This document shows, piece after piece, positions 48,073-58,777 of a DNA stretch of 64,000 nucleotides. The stretch's first letter is position 1. Each line of letters begins with the position of its first letter. The translations under genes and the position numbers were made by a program. The notes beneath the pieces were generated by a model that saw nothing but the letters and a program-made list of their open reading frames with translations, did no database searches and was not told where the DNA came from. This DNA comes from Actinomycetota bacterium (GTDB taxonomy: Bacteria; Actinomycetota; Aquicultoria; Aquicultorales; Aquicultoraceae): assembly GCA_014859275.1 (NCBI GenBank), contig JACUUO010000001.1, forward strand, positions 13,865-77,864. The letters run 5' to 3'.

Positions 48073-48693
48073 TCAGTCGAATAGCGTTTCACGGTTCCTC
48101 CTGATGATATAGTAAATGATGAGAATAACAACAACCGCGGCAAGAGCAACGAGACCGGATCTGCCGAGTAATTTGCTAATTAAAGCCCAATTTTGTCCGA
48201 AAAAATACCCGATTACGCTGATAGAGACCGTCCACAAAACAACCGCCACGATTGTATAGAGAATGAATTTCGCAAAATTCATTCTCGCTGCCCCGGCGAG
48301 AAGGGGTACGAATACCCTGACCCCAGCCACGAATCTTCCGATAAAGACCGTCTTCGGACCATGGATATCAAAGTATCGCTCAGCCGCCTCTACTCTCTCG
48401 GCAGAGACAAAGCGCCCACCATATCTTTCAATTAAGGGGCGACCGCCTTTTCTCCCTATAAAATAGCCGGCAGTATTGCCGATGATAGCAGCGGTTGCCG
48501 CGGTAACGACTACGTTGATTATGTTAAGCATGTCTTGGGCTGCGGCAAATGCTGCGATAAGGAGAACCGTCTCGCCGGGAACCACCAGCCCTATTATAAA
48601 AAGATTTTCAAGTAATAATAGAAGAAAAACTATGTAGTAACCATACGCACTGAAATAGCGAAACAAAAGATCGAGTATCTGGCTTTCGCTCAC
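48073..48693 (-). CDS. DedA/SNARE-associated family membrane protein
   Basis: 206 aa. LLLENLFIIGLVVPGETVL, FIGRFVAGVRVFVPLLAG and multiple TM helices are present. Confidence 0.88.
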   Translation of the reverse strand: MSESQILDLLFRYFSAYGYYIVFLLLLLENLFIIGLVVPGETVLLIAAFAAAQDMLNIINVVVTAATAAIIGNTAGYFIGRKGGRPLIERYGGRFVSAERVEAAERYFDIHGPKTVFIGRFVAGVRVFVPLLAGAARMNFAKFILYTIVAVVLWTVSISVIGYFFGQNWALISKLLGRSGLVALAAVVVILIIYYIIRRNRETLFD

Positions 48694-48793
48694 TTATCAT
48701 GCCTCACTTATTATGCCTCATTTCTCAATACCTTGAAATGCGGTCGCCTAGTTGATCGAGGTGCTATTGCTAGTGGCCAATAGTACTGCAACA

Positions 48794-49648
48794 CTAATCT
48801 ATTACCTCCAGCGATATATCGAGCGGCCTTGCCGCCTGGGTGATGGCACCAACCGAAATCCGGTCAACTCCGGTCGCGGCAATCGAGGCTATGTTAACAA
48901 GCGTGACCCCACCAGAGGCTTCCTTTACTGCCTTATCGCCTATTATCCTCACCGATTCCCTTAAAAGTTCGATATCCATATTGTCGAGAAGTATTATGTC
49001 GGCGCCTGCCTTAACCGCCGCCTTAACATCAGCTATCGTTTCTGCCTCAACTTCCACCTTAAGGCCCGGGTATGCGCTTCGCGCCCTTCTTATGGCCTCA
49101 CCAATATCCCTGATAATCTTGATATGGTTATCTTTAATTAGTATCTGGTCATAGAGGCCAGACCTATGATTTACCGTGCCCCCGATTTTTGCCGCATATT
49201 TCTCCAGATAGCGCAGGCCTGGCATAGTTTTCCGGGTATCCAGAAGATCGATCCCAGAGCCCTCGATCTTCCCAGCATACTTAGAGGCCTCTGTGGCAAT
49301 ACCGGATAGATGCTGCAAAAAATTAAGGGCCGTCCTTTCGCCGCCAAGTATAGCATGGGCGTCACCGGATAGCTCCGCTATCCGGACCCCTGCATCTACA
49401 AGATCGCCATCTGATACGAGTGGCACAAACCCAATAGAGGGATTAAGATACATAAAGGTTTTTTCGGCAACAGGGAGGCCCGCTATTATCCCTGAGCTTT
49501 TGGTAATTATCTCTGCCCTTATTTCAGTTCCACTATCGATAACAGCCTTTGAAGTTACATCGCCAGCTTTGCCAAAGTCCTCATCGATCGCCCGCTTTAC
49601 AGCCATTTTAATTTCCCGGTCTAAAAACGCATTATCCTGCAACAGCAT
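48794..49648 (-). CDS. nadC: nicotinate-nucleotide diphosphorylase (carboxylating)
   Basis: 284 aa. GERTALNFLQHLSGIAT, DTRKT-PGLR, IKDNH and LLDNM are present. Confidence 0.95.
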   Translation of the reverse strand: MLLQDNAFLDREIKMAVKRAIDEDFGKAGDVTSKAVIDSGTEIRAEIITKSSGIIAGLPVAEKTFMYLNPSIGFVPLVSDGDLVDAGVRIAELSGDAHAILGGERTALNFLQHLSGIATEASKYAGKIEGSGIDLLDTRKTMPGLRYLEKYAAKIGGTVNHRSGLYDQILIKDNHIKIIRDIGEAIRRARSAYPGLKVEVEAETIADVKAAVKAGADIILLDNMDIELLRESVRIIGDKAVKEASGGVTLVNIASIAATGVDRISVGAITQAARPLDISLEVID

Positions 49649-51248
49649 CCTCCGTGAAATGATGTTCTAGGTGAGTAACCCAATCATCGCTCGGCTCAGG
49701 ATAATCTTCTCTGTAATGAACCCCCCGGGATTCCCTGCGGGCTAGAGCCGATCTTGCAACCAGCCCGGCGATACAAAGCATATTCTGCAATTCAAATCCC
49801 GCCAGGCTTTTAAACTGCGCTCTCAAAATTCTATCTCTCTCCTTCAGTTGTGAGATGGCAAACTCAAGTCCTTTCTCAGAGCGGACGACTCCGACGTAAT
49901 CGGTCATCAATCTTTGAAGCCATCGTCTTTCCCTTTCGATATTTAAATCAATTTGGGGTCTTTCCATGCGATATTCAAGCTTAAATTCCAAAACGGGCCC
50001 ATTCTCTTCGGCGGACAGCTCATGCATTATTAAATTAGCGATATGCTTGCTGAAGACCAATCCCTCTAAAAGAGAATTGCTCGCAAGCCTGTTTGCACCA
50101 TGAACGCCGGTGCAAGCAACCTCACCCGTTGCGTATAGGCCCGGTATAATGGTCTCGCCATTAAGGTCAGTTTTTACTCCGCCTATCGTATAATGAGCTG
50201 CCGGGCGTACAGGTATCAGGTCTTTTGCTATATTAATACCGTTCACACTACAATGATTCCAGATATTAGGGAAGCGCTCCTTGAGGACAGCCTCCGGAAT
50301 ATGGGTGGCATCAAGGTATACCGGGTCATCACCACATCTCTGCATGATATTGACCATCTCCCTGGTTACAACATCCCGCGGGGCAAGCTCTGCAAGTGGA
50401 TGCCTGCCGACCATAAAGCGCTCACCATTACAATCCCTAAGGAAAGCCCCGTCGCCGCGGAGTGCCTCGGTTATGAGAAATCTCGGCATCGAATCCTGAT
50501 CGAGCGCCGTCGGATGGAACTGTATGAACTCCATATCGGCAAGGATTGCGCCTGCCCGGTAGGCCATCGCCATGCCATCCCCTGTCGAGATCGGGGGATT
50601 AGTTGTTATTGAGAAGAGCTGCCCAGCGCCCCCAGCAGCAAGGACCACCGCTTTTGCTAAATGTAGCACCAGGCGACCTGTTGGCTCATCCAGGCAGAGG
50701 ATGCCTACACACCGCCCATTATCGGTCAATATATCCAGCGAGAATCTATGCTCGAAGACCTGGACACTCTGCCACGCATTAGCGGTTCTTATAAGGGTTG
50801 CCTCTATTTCGCTTCCAGTCGTATCCCCAGAGTGGAGAATTCTTGCAAGTGAATGCCCACCCTCTCTTGAGAGCCCTATGCGATCACCATGCCAATCAAA
50901 CTCGGTGCCAAGTCTTATTAATTCGCCGATACGGTCCGGGCCATCGCTGACCAGAACATCTACGGCGTCTCTGTTACAGAGACCAGCTCCGGCTTCCAGG
51001 GTATCCCTAAGATGGAGTTTCGGGGAATCCTCCGAGCTTATCGCAGTGGCAACTCCTCCCTGGGCATACCAGGTCGCAGTTTCTTTCAATTCGCTTTTAG
51101 TAACGAGCGCTACGTCGAATTGCTTTGATATTTCAAGCGCAGCGGTAAGCCCCGCTATGCCGCTGCCTACAACAACGACATCGGTGATTACTTTATCGAT
51201 TTTAACTGCATCAAAATTTACTAAATACCTGGGAACCATCTTATTCAC
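49632..51248 (-). CDS. nadB: L-aspartate oxidase
   Basis: 538 aa. It has the FAD motif VVVVGSGIAGL, plus QFHPT, ATGEVACTGVHGANRLASNSLLEG and ESRGVHYR. Confidence 0.95.
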   Translation of the reverse strand: MNKMVPRYLVNFDAVKIDKVITDVVVVGSGIAGLTAALEISKQFDVALVTKSELKETATWYAQGGVATAISSEDSPKLHLRDTLEAGAGLCNRDAVDVLVSDGPDRIGELIRLGTEFDWHGDRIGLSREGGHSLARILHSGDTTGSEIEATLIRTANAWQSVQVFEHRFSLDILTDNGRCVGILCLDEPTGRLVLHLAKAVVLAAGGAGQLFSITTNPPISTGDGMAMAYRAGAILADMEFIQFHPTALDQDSMPRFLITEALRGDGAFLRDCNGERFMVGRHPLAELAPRDVVTREMVNIMQRCGDDPVYLDATHIPEAVLKERFPNIWNHCSVNGINIAKDLIPVRPAAHYTIGGVKTDLNGETIIPGLYATGEVACTGVHGANRLASNSLLEGLVFSKHIANLIMHELSAEENGPVLEFKLEYRMERPQIDLNIERERRWLQRLMTDYVGVVRSEKGLEFAISQLKERDRILRAQFKSLAGFELQNMLCIAGLVARSALARRESRGVHYREDYPEPSDDWVTHLEHHFTEDAVAG

Positions 51249-51296
51249 GCCTACTACCGTGGTTTCAGGTGCACTAGAGACGATTTAAGGCCGGGG

Positions 51297-52208
51297 CTAA
51301 ACTATTTCAAGCATCCTATCTATCGCACGTTTAGCTCTGGCCGCTATGTCTTCAGGCACAGTTATGGCGTTCTCCATATCTTGAAGCGACCACAGGACTT
51401 TTTCCAGAGTAGTTCTCTTCATGTTTGGGCAGATCGCTCGCTCAGCTGCTGCATAGAACCTCTTGCCCGGGTTCTCCTTTTGCAGGCGGTGGAGTATCCC
51501 TAATTCGGTACCGATAATAAATTCTCCGTCATTTGATTCGTGAGCATAACGTAGTATCCCCTCCGTGCTTGCCACCGCATCAGCCAGTGCGATAACTTCC
51601 GTAGTGCACTCGGGGTGAACGACTACCCTGGCTTCTGGATAGGCCGCCTTCTGCTCTTTAACAGATTTGGCGGTTATCCTACGGTGGGTCGGACAGAACC
51701 CATTCCAAAGAACCACACTCTTTGAGGTCTTAGTGGAAGCGTAATGGCCGAGGTGTTGGTCGGGAACAAAGATGACCTTGTCAGCACCGATCGATTCCAC
51801 TATTTTTACCGCATTTGCTGAGGTGCAGCAGTAATCGCTCTCTGCCTTCACATCGGCACTTGAATTAACGTAGCACACAACGGGTGTGCCGGGATGTTCT
51901 GCCTTAAATTCCCGCAGCTTTTCCGCCGTAACCATATCAGCCATCGGGCATCCTGCATAAATATCCGGCAAGAGGACGGTTTTCTTAGGGGAGAGAATAG
52001 CGGCTGTCTCAGCCATGAAATGAACGCCACAAAAAATAATAACGTCGGCATCCGTACTTGCCGCCTGTTGGCTTAAGCGGAGGGAATCGCCCACAAAATC
52101 GGCGATATCCTGAACCTCACCTATCTGGTAATTATGGGCAAGGATTACCGCATTTCGCTCTCTCTTAAGTCTGCGTATTTCGTTTACCAAATTATCGCTG
52201 CAGTTCAA
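51297..52208 (-). CDS. nadA: quinolinate synthase
   Basis: 303 aa. ILAHNYQ, CGVHFMAETA, CPMA, VCYVNSSA, VHPEC and CPNMK are present. Confidence 0.95.
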   Translation of the reverse strand: MNCSDNLVNEIRRLKRERNAVILAHNYQIGEVQDIADFVGDSLRLSQQAASTDADVIIFCGVHFMAETAAILSPKKTVLLPDIYAGCPMADMVTAEKLREFKAEHPGTPVVCYVNSSADVKAESDYCCTSANAVKIVESIGADKVIFVPDQHLGHYASTKTSKSVVLWNGFCPTHRRITAKSVKEQKAAYPEARVVVHPECTTEVIALADAVASTEGILRYAHESNDGEFIIGTELGILHRLQKENPGKRFYAAAERAICPNMKRTTLEKVLWSLQDMENAITVPEDIAARAKRAIDRMLEIV

Positions 52209-52246
52209 ACCAGAAAAACACCTCGTTATTGCAGATTATAACGCCA

Positions 52247-52735
52247 TCAGGCCAAACTGCCAATTTTTTCGATTACCTGTCCAGAAACTTCCTCCAGGTG
52301 CCAACGTATCATCCTGCCATCAGGTAATCTCAAATCCGGTGCAACCTCAAGCAGTGGGACTAGCACAAAGACTCTCTTAAGCATCTCAGCATGAGGGATG
52401 GTGAGGTCCTCATCATCAATTACCGTATCTCCGTATATGAGGATATCGACATCAATGGTTCTTGGACCCCAGCGCACTTTCCTTCTCCGTTTAAGCCTCG
52501 CCTCAACCATCCGGGCCAACACGAGTAGATCCCGTGGCGAAAGGTCTGTGCTGATCTCGACTACTACGTTGTAGAAATTCTGTTGGGGTACGCCGCCGAT
52601 CGGCTCGGTCTCATAGACCGATGATACCCTCTCGATTTTCGTATCTCTGCTACCATCAATAATGCGCACTGCCTCTCTTAGCTGATCCATGCGGTCCCCT
52701 AGATTCGAACCCAGGCTCAGATAGGCCCTCACCAT
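52247..52735 (-). CDS. folK: 2-amino-4-hydroxy-6-hydroxymethyldihydropteridine diphosphokinase
   Basis: AYLSLGSNLGDR, YETEP, WGPRTIDVDILIYG, PHAEM and RVFVLVPLLE are present. The ATG at 52735 (MVRAY) is preferred. The track start at 52771 overlaps folP. Confidence 0.9.
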   Translation of the reverse strand: MVRAYLSLGSNLGDRMDQLREAVRIIDGSRDTKIERVSSVYETEPIGGVPQQNFYNVVVEISTDLSPRDLLVLARMVEARLKRRRKVRWGPRTIDVDILIYGDTVIDDEDLTIPHAEMLKRVFVLVPLLEVAPDLRLPDGRMIRWHLEEVSGQVIEKIGSLA

Positions 52736-52742
52736 AACCACA

Positions 52743-53945
52743 TCACCGGTGACCTCTACCCATGATAGCATCGGTCATTCGAGACGCCCTCATGGCCTCT
52801 TTAACATCATGCACGCGGATAATACTTACGCCCTGGGTTACGCCATAGATAATCGTTGCAAGGGTTCCTTCAATTCTTTCTTCAACCGGTAGATCAAGCA
52901 CAGTCCCTATAAATGACTTTCTGGATGTGCCGAGAACCACTGGGTAGCCGAGGCTTCTAAACTCCGAAAGCCTCCTCATTAGCTCCAGGTTGTGTTCCAG
53001 GTTTTTTCCAAAACCGATACCAGGGTCTATTAATATCTTATCTCTGGGCAGACCGGCTGTAGCGGCCTTCTCCGCCTGTCCATCAAGCCAGTCGGCCACC
53101 TCGGCAACGACATCAACGTAGGAGGGCTTTAGCTGCATATCTTTGGGCGTGCCCTGCATATGCATGATCACCACAGGTGTGCACCTTTCAACCGCGAGCT
53201 CGATCATCTTATCGTCACGCAGACCGCTTATGTCATTTATTATCGAGGCTCCCGCATCGAGCGCTCTCCTTGCAACCTCGGGCTTATATGTATCAATAGA
53301 AATAGGAACATCCAGCTCGCCGGCGAGCTCCTTGATGACCGGAACGACCCGATTTATCTCCTCCTCCGAGGTCACGGGTTCGGCCCCAGGGCGGGCCGAC
53401 TCCCCCCCGATATCAATTATATCGGCCCCATCAAGCACCATTTGCCTGGCCTGATCAACTGCCGTGGTATGGCCGAAATACCTTCCACCATCGGAGAACG
53501 AATCGGGGGTAATGTTTAACACGCCCATAACATGGGTCCTGGCCGAGAGATCAAGTTTGAAACGCCCTACCTCTATAGTGGGTAAGCTCTTAGCATAATT
53601 GTAAAGCGCCTTGTTAATACCTTCTGCAAGCCTCGGTAGGCCGAAAGGCTGTAGTGCGAGCTTCTGACACAGTTCATCAAACTGGCGGAGCGTGCCCATC
53701 AATATTATATCCACCTTTCTTTCGTCCAGCTTATAAAGCTCCCATGGCGCCGCAGCATCACCACCCCTCGAGAGCATCTCCTGCTTAATAATATTCGCCG
53801 CACGGCTATCAACGCCAGCTATTTTAATAAGGCGGTGAATTGCCTTTGGAGACATTATATCGATACCTTGTGGTGATACCTTTAATTCCTTGAACGCTTC
53901 CGTTGCCGCCTCCACAGTATCTATGTTTATTACTCTCAGCTTCAA
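52743..53945 (-). CDS. folP: dihydropteroate synthase with an N-terminal extension of about 120 aa
   Basis: 400 aa. The C-terminal 280 aa carry GVLNITPDSFSDGG, DIIDIGGESARPG, SIDT and NDISG. TTG start preceded by AAGGGAG. Confidence 0.92.
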   Translation of the reverse strand: MKLRVINIDTVEAATEAFKELKVSPQGIDIMSPKAIHRLIKIAGVDSRAANIIKQEMLSRGGDAAAPWELYKLDERKVDIILMGTLRQFDELCQKLALQPFGLPRLAEGINKALYNYAKSLPTIEVGRFKLDLSARTHVMGVLNITPDSFSDGGRYFGHTTAVDQARQMVLDGADIIDIGGESARPGAEPVTSEEEINRVVPVIKELAGELDVPISIDTYKPEVARRALDAGASIINDISGLRDDKMIELAVERCTPVVIMHMQGTPKDMQLKPSYVDVVAEVADWLDGQAEKAATAGLPRDKILIDPGIGFGKNLEHNLELMRRLSEFRSLGYPVVLGTSRKSFIGTVLDLPVEERIEGTLATIIYGVTQGVSIIRVHDVKEAMRASRMTDAIMGRGHR

Positions 53946-53960
53946 TCGCCACGCTCCCTT

Positions 53961-53981
53961 TGGTTAGTGGTTAGTAGTTCT
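53961..53981 (-). repeat. Three heptamer units (TGGTTAG TGGTTAG TAGTTCT) abutting the folP SD
   Basis: These belong to the same heptamer family as 28471-28526. On the sense strand this reads AGAACTA CTAACCA CTAACCA, directly followed by AAGGGAG. Confidence 0.7.
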
Positions 53982-53986
53982 TTTTC

Positions 53987-54547
53987 CTACCCTCCCTTAA
54001 TAAGCGACAGCGCCTCCGCACGCGCGGCCTTTTTTCTAAATTGACCCCGTACAGCCGAAGTTACCGTGGTTGCACCGGATTTTTTTACGCCGCGCATACT
54101 CATGCAGAGGTGTTCCGCCTCTATAACAACCATTACTCCATGAGGATTTAGCGCCTCAACCATTGCGTCGGCGATCTGCGTAGTCAGCCTCTCTTGTACC
54201 TGCAGCCTCCTGGTAAGCACATCAACTACCCTGGCAAGCTTGCTGATCCCGGTAATCCTACCATTCTCACTCGGTATATAGGCGACATGTGCCTTACCGA
54301 TAAAAGGCATCAAGTGATGCTCGCACATGGAGTAGACAGGTATATCCTTAACCATAATCATCTCATCATGGTCCTCGCCGAATGTGACGCTTAAAACCGC
54401 AACCGGGTCCTGTTCCATCCCGCCGAGTATTTCCTCATACATCGCGGCGACACGGCGCGGGGTATCTCGTAACCCCTCGCGCTCTAGATCCTCACCAACG
54501 CCCTCTAATATAAGCCGGACCCCTTGCTCAATTCTCTCCCTGTCCAA
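53987..54547 (-). CDS. folE: GTP cyclohydrolase I (FolE type I)
   Basis: 186 aa. [16 protein letters not shown] and the [11 protein letters not shown] motif are present. TTG start. Confidence 0.95.
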   Translation of the reverse strand: MDRERIEQGVRLILEGVGEDLEREGLRDTPRRVAAMYEEILGGMEQDPVAVLSVTFGEDHDEMIMVKDIPVYSMCEHHLMPFIGKAHVAYIPSENGRITGISKLARVVDVLTRRLQVQERLTTQIADAMVEALNPHGVMVVIEAEHLCMSMRGVKKSGATTVTSAVRGQFRKKAARAEALSLIKGG

Positions 54548-54624
54548 CCGAGAAACCCCTTTCAGAGCTCATAACATGATCTACCATATTATTGCACAAC
54601 TCGGGTAATTTCCGAATACGTGAG

Positions 54625-54651
54625 AGAAGGCCACTGTTTACGTGGCCTTCT
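54625..54651 (-). terminator. 10 bp GC-rich hairpin after ftsH (no U-tract)
   Basis: AGAAGGCCAC-tgtttac-GTGGCCTTCT lies 50 nt downstream of the ftsH stop. The flanks are not U-rich, so this is a possible terminator or RNA-stability element. Confidence 0.45.
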
Positions 54652-54701
54652 ATCTAAGCTATTGATACCTTACTGATACCTGTTCTTTATCAATATCTAC
54701 T

Positions 54702-56624
54702 TTAACCTTCAGCTGGCCGAAGGTTACTTGGCAAATCGATTAAATCCTTGCTCTTTGAGGCAGTCTTCGTCTCGGCGGAAGCTTCATCGTCCTTGTCACT
54801 TACTTTTCTTGCCGTAAGCTCTTTCCCTTCAAGAATAGCCTGCAGCTCTTCCTTCTCAAGGGTTTCTCTATCGATCAGTCCCTTTGCGATATTATCGAGA
54901 ATCTCCCTCTTCTCGGTTAATACATGCTTGGCCTTCTTAAATGCATCATCGACGATACGCCTTATCTCCTTATCGATCTCATAGGCGATCTCGGGGCTGT
55001 AATCGGGTTGCGATGCAAAATCGCGGCCAAGGAACACCTGGTCTTGCTTTTGACCAAGAGTTAGAGGCCCTAATTTCTCACTCATCCCGTACTCGCAGAC
55101 CATCTGGCGGGCGGTTTTCGTTGCTCTATCCAGATCATCGTGTGAGCCGGTTGTAATATCGCCAAAGATCATCTCTTCCGCCGCATGCCCACCAAGGAAC
55201 ACGGCAAGACCGTCGGTAAGCTCCGATTTCGAAACCAGGAATTTATCCTCGGTCGGAAGCGTCAGGGTGTAGCCGAGTGCCCTACCCCTCGGAATAATCG
55301 ATATCTTATGGACCGGATCGGTATTTGGAAGCGAATGTGCAACAAGCGCATGCCCAGCTTCATGGTAGGCAATTATCGCCTTCTCGTGCTCACTTATCAG
55401 GCGGGTCTTCCGCTCCGGGCCCGCCATAACCCTATCGATAGACTCCTCGAGTTCATACATGTCTATCTCCTTCTTGCTGTGTCTTGCCGCAAGAAGAGCC
55501 GCTTCGTTTACTAGGTTTGCGATATCGGCACCGGTAAAACCGGGCGTCCTCCGGGCGAGGACGTCGAGATCGACATCCTTAGCAAGCGGTTTACCCTTGG
55601 TATGAACTTTAAGTATTCCTCGCCTGCCATTAAGATCGGGCCTATCGACAACGATTTGACGGTCGAAACGACCGGGGCGCAGGAGCGCCGGATCCAATAT
55701 ATCCGGCCTGTTCGTGGCGGCAACCAGTATGACGTTGTCCTTAATATCAAATCCGTCCATCTCAACGAGGAGCTGGTTCAAGGTCTGCTCGCGCTCGTCA
55801 TGACCTCCACCAAGACCGGCCCCCCTGTGCCTGCCCACAGCATCGATCTCGTCCATGAATATAATGCACGGCGAATTCGCCTTTGCTTGTTCAAACAGAT
55901 CGCGGACCCTTGATGCGCCGACACCAACGAACATCTCAACGAAGTCTGATCCGCTTATCGAGAAGAACGGCACACCGGCCTCGCCCGCTACTGCCCTTGC
56001 CAGGAGGGTCTTTCCGGAGCCAGGTGGGCCATAAAGCAGAACGCCTTTTGGAATCTTTGCACCAAGCGACTGGAACTTGGATGGGCTGGCCAAGAACTCT
56101 TTTATCTCTTCTAGTTCTTCGACCGCCTCATCGACCCCGGCAACATCCTTAAATGTAACCCTGGGCTGGTCCTTGGTAAGACGCTTGGCACGACTCTTGC
56201 CAAAAGACATCACCCTATTGCCGCCGCCCTGCATCTGCTGGAGCATAAACAGCCAGATCCCCAGGATCAATATAAATGGCAAGAAGTTCAGGGCTATCGA
56301 CCACCATACGGTCTGGTTTTGCGGATCGACTTTTATCTCGACGTTCTTGCTTTCAAGCCGCTCGGAGAGCTTCTCGTCATTCTTTGGAAAATAGACAGTG
56401 AACTTACCGCCCTTGTTATAGTCTGCTTTGTAGTTACCCTCAATCCGGCTATCCCGGTCGAAGATTTCTACCTTCTCAACGCGACCCTTATCAACTTGCC
56501 CCAGGAATTGGGTGTAGGTAAGCTCGTCCGGTTTTTCTCCGGGCTTAAACATCTGTGCCCCGAACAGAATTACAAGCAGGAGAATTATGAACCAGAAGCC
56601 AGCACTTCTAAATAGTTTGCTCAA
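54702..56624 (-). CDS. ftsH: ATP-dependent zinc metalloprotease FtsH
   Basis: 640 aa. It has two TM helices, an AAA module ([11 protein letters not shown]), the SRH region and the HEAGH zinc motif. Confidence 0.97.
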   Translation of the reverse strand: MSKLFRSAGFWFIILLLVILFGAQMFKPGEKPDELTYTQFLGQVDKGRVEKVEIFDRDSRIEGNYKADYNKGGKFTVYFPKNDEKLSERLESKNVEIKVDPQNQTVWWSIALNFLPFILILGIWLFMLQQMQGGGNRVMSFGKSRAKRLTKDQPRVTFKDVAGVDEAVEELEEIKEFLASPSKFQSLGAKIPKGVLLYGPPGSGKTLLARAVAGEAGVPFFSISGSDFVEMFVGVGASRVRDLFEQAKANSPCIIFMDEIDAVGRHRGAGLGGGHDEREQTLNQLLVEMDGFDIKDNVILVAATNRPDILDPALLRPGRFDRQIVVDRPDLNGRRGILKVHTKGKPLAKDVDLDVLARRTPGFTGADIANLVNEAALLAARHSKKEIDMYELEESIDRVMAGPERKTRLISEHEKAIIAYHEAGHALVAHSLPNTDPVHKISIIPRGRALGYTLTLPTEDKFLVSKSELTDGLAVFLGGHAAEEMIFGDITTGSHDDLDRATKTARQMVCEYGMSEKLGPLTLGQKQDQVFLGRDFASQPDYSPEIAYEIDKEIRRIVDDAFKKAKHVLTEKREILDNIAKGLIDRETLEKEELQAILEGKELTARKVSDKDDEASAETKTASKSKDLIDLPSNLRPAEG

Positions 56625-56689
56625 AGGAGTTCCTCCCTATTATTTCCATACACAAATAGGATGCTATCATAATTGGCGCGCCCGGACAA

Positions 56690-57280
56690 TCAGAGCATCC
56701 CGTTGTCCTCGTAAGCAGAACGCCTTAACGTACCGATAAAAGGCAGGTTCCTGTATTTTTGCGCGTAGTCCAGCCCGTATCCGACCACAAATTTATTGGG
56801 GACTGTAAAGCCGAAGTACTTCGGCTTTATCGGTACCCGCTGCTTACCTTCCTTGACAATGAACGAGCAGACCTCAAGGCTTGCCAGGCGTCGGGAGCTT
56901 AAATTTTTTACAAGGTAATTTAGAGTAAGTCCCGTATCGAGTATATCTTCGACGATTAGAACGTGCTTACCTTCTATATCGTCATCCAAGTCTTTAAGTA
57001 TCCTAACAACACCCGATGTAGTCGTTGAGGAGCCATAGCTGGATATAGCGATAAAATCAGTCTCAACAGGAATGCCCATCTCTCTTATTAAATCGGCGAG
57101 GAAGACAAAGGCGCCTCTTAATATACCAACAAGCAGAAGATCCTTATCAATATAGTCTGCGCTTATTTGCTGACCAAGCTCTCTTACCTTCACCTGGATG
57201 TCTTCTGGGGCAACTAAAACCTCCTCGATGTCGTTGCCGAGAACCTGCTCTATTAAACTCGCTTTCATTACATCTCCCAT
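56690..57280 (-). CDS. hpt: hypoxanthine phosphoribosyltransferase
   Basis: 196 aa. It has the PRPP loop VLIVEDILDTGLT, and the FVVGYGLDY and YRNLPFIG motifs. Confidence 0.95.
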   Translation of the reverse strand: MGDVMKASLIEQVLGNDIEEVLVAPEDIQVKVRELGQQISADYIDKDLLLVGILRGAFVFLADLIREMGIPVETDFIAISSYGSSTTTSGVVRILKDLDDDIEGKHVLIVEDILDTGLTLNYLVKNLSSRRLASLEVCSFIVKEGKQRVPIKPKYFGFTVPNKFVVGYGLDYAQKYRNLPFIGTLRRSAYEDNGML

Positions 57281-57341
57281 CGTCCCTTAGTTACCAATAT
57301 CTATATCACCAAATGGGCCCAGATAAAACCGATCCAGGCTT

Positions 57342-58745
57342 TTAATGTCGTCTCACTCTTAAAACCAGCACCCGGTCCGTTTCCTCCGTAACTCTGAAAA
57401 TATCGTCGATTCGAAAACCGGTCACCCACACAATTTTACCGTCGGATTCTACTATGGGTATCCTATCCCGCTTGCGCCTTGGGATTTTTTCGTCGACGAA
57501 AAAATCCTGTAATTTCTTTTCTCCAACCATACCAAACGGCCGGAAAGAGTCGCCCGGTCTGCGCGTCCTCACTATAAGCTCCCCAGGAATTTTACCCGCA
57601 TCGATGTGGGCCACATCGCCACCTTTCTCAAACTCAAGGTTGCTTCGCTCTACGAACTCCGCCTCAATCTCCACACCAAGAGGCTTGATCGTGGTAATTC
57701 CAGGAACCGATAGGATGATCTGCTCAAAGACCGGGGGCTCAAACAACTGCCTTTGACCGAAGATTAAATAGTCATATTCGGTAAATACGATTATTTGGCC
57801 AGGTAACTCCAACTCAACCCGTACCGGAATAGATACTAAGCCCTCGAGCACAGCCCCAACATGTTTAAATTCAATGCCCCGCAAGTCGGATTTGACCCAT
57901 TTTATACACCGCCGTACCAGGCGCCGCTGTATGGATACCGATTGGGCTAATAGGCCCTGAATTGGCATTCGTACGATGCCAACATCGGTATCTGCCAGGA
58001 CTTCGAATACTCCATCGGTTACCTCATCAAGGTGAGATTGATCATCCTGTACCAATTCTATCGTCTTAAGGAGGGTTCCCTTAAATTGAGGGTTATAATC
58101 GATCAGGAGCGGTACGAGCTCATGCCTTATTCTGTTTCTGAGGATCGATAGATCTTCATTGGAAGCATCAAGTCTGTACTTGAGCTCATTATCCTCGATA
58201 TATCGTAAAACCTCTTCTTTTGTAACTTCGATAAGTGGCCTAATATAGCGGTCCCTGACCGGTAGGATCGATCCTAAGCCCTCAAGGCCAGCACCTCTTA
58301 TCAGGCGCATCAAAAATGTTTCGATCTGATCGTCGGCTTGATGACCGAGAGCAACCCGGTCGGCTTTGATATCGGTAGAAAGCCGATCCATCAGCCTATA
58401 TCTGGCCTCTCGTGCCGCCTCTTCAAGCGATAATTTTTCTCTCTTCATAAGCGCTGGAACATCGAAACTCTCAAGTATCACCGGGACACCCAGCAACTCT
58501 GCAAATTCCTTTACAAATCTCGCGTCCTCATCCGCTTCTTTCCCACGTAGCTGATGATTAAGGTGAAAGACATAGAGATTTAGATGATATATGGGCTCAG
58601 CCTGCTTTAGCAGGTAAAGTAGAGCCACGGAATCCGGTCCGCCAGAGACTGCAACCAGTACCTTATCGCCCACCTTAAGCATTCGATACTTTAGTATCGT
58701 ATTCAGAACGCGGTCGAAAAATCTAGTCTCGACCAAGAATATCAC
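57342..58745 (-). CDS. tilS: tRNA(Ile)-lysidine synthase
   Basis: 467 aa. It has the PP-loop VAVSGGPDSV, plus LGHQADDQ and a C-terminal TilS domain. The start may be TTG at 58736 (AGGTGA SD at 58747-58742). Confidence 0.92.
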   Translation of the reverse strand: MIFLVETRFFDRVLNTILKYRMLKVGDKVLVAVSGGPDSVALLYLLKQAEPIYHLNLYVFHLNHQLRGKEADEDARFVKEFAELLGVPVILESFDVPALMKREKLSLEEAAREARYRLMDRLSTDIKADRVALGHQADDQIETFLMRLIRGAGLEGLGSILPVRDRYIRPLIEVTKEEVLRYIEDNELKYRLDASNEDLSILRNRIRHELVPLLIDYNPQFKGTLLKTIELVQDDQSHLDEVTDGVFEVLADTDVGIVRMPIQGLLAQSVSIQRRLVRRCIKWVKSDLRGIEFKHVGAVLEGLVSIPVRVELELPGQIIVFTEYDYLIFGQRQLFEPPVFEQIILSVPGITTIKPLGVEIEAEFVERSNLEFEKGGDVAHIDAGKIPGELIVRTRRPGDSFRPFGMVGEKKLQDFFVDEKIPRRKRDRIPIVESDGKIVWVTGFRIDDIFRVTEETDRVLVLRVRRH

Positions 58746-58753
58746 CTAGCCAG

Positions 58754-58777
58754 AAAAAAAATGACCCTTGCGGGTCC
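58754..58777 (-). terminator. intrinsic terminator (GNRA-loop hairpin plus U8) immediately upstream of the tilS SD
   Basis: The minus strand reads GACCC-GCAA-GGGTC-ATTTTTTTT. The U-run ends 6 nt before the AGGTGA SD of tilS. Confidence 0.6.

Noticed and set aside
50572-51288. Long antisense ORFs inside large genes
   Set aside because: Examples are 50572-51288 in nadB, 37558-38064 in clpC, 40142-40675 across lysS/greA, 8167-8724 in rho and 27979-28473 in cysS. They lie fully inside strongly supported genes on the other strand. They are Ser/Pro/Arg-rich with no recognisable motifs, which is typical of shadow ORFs.
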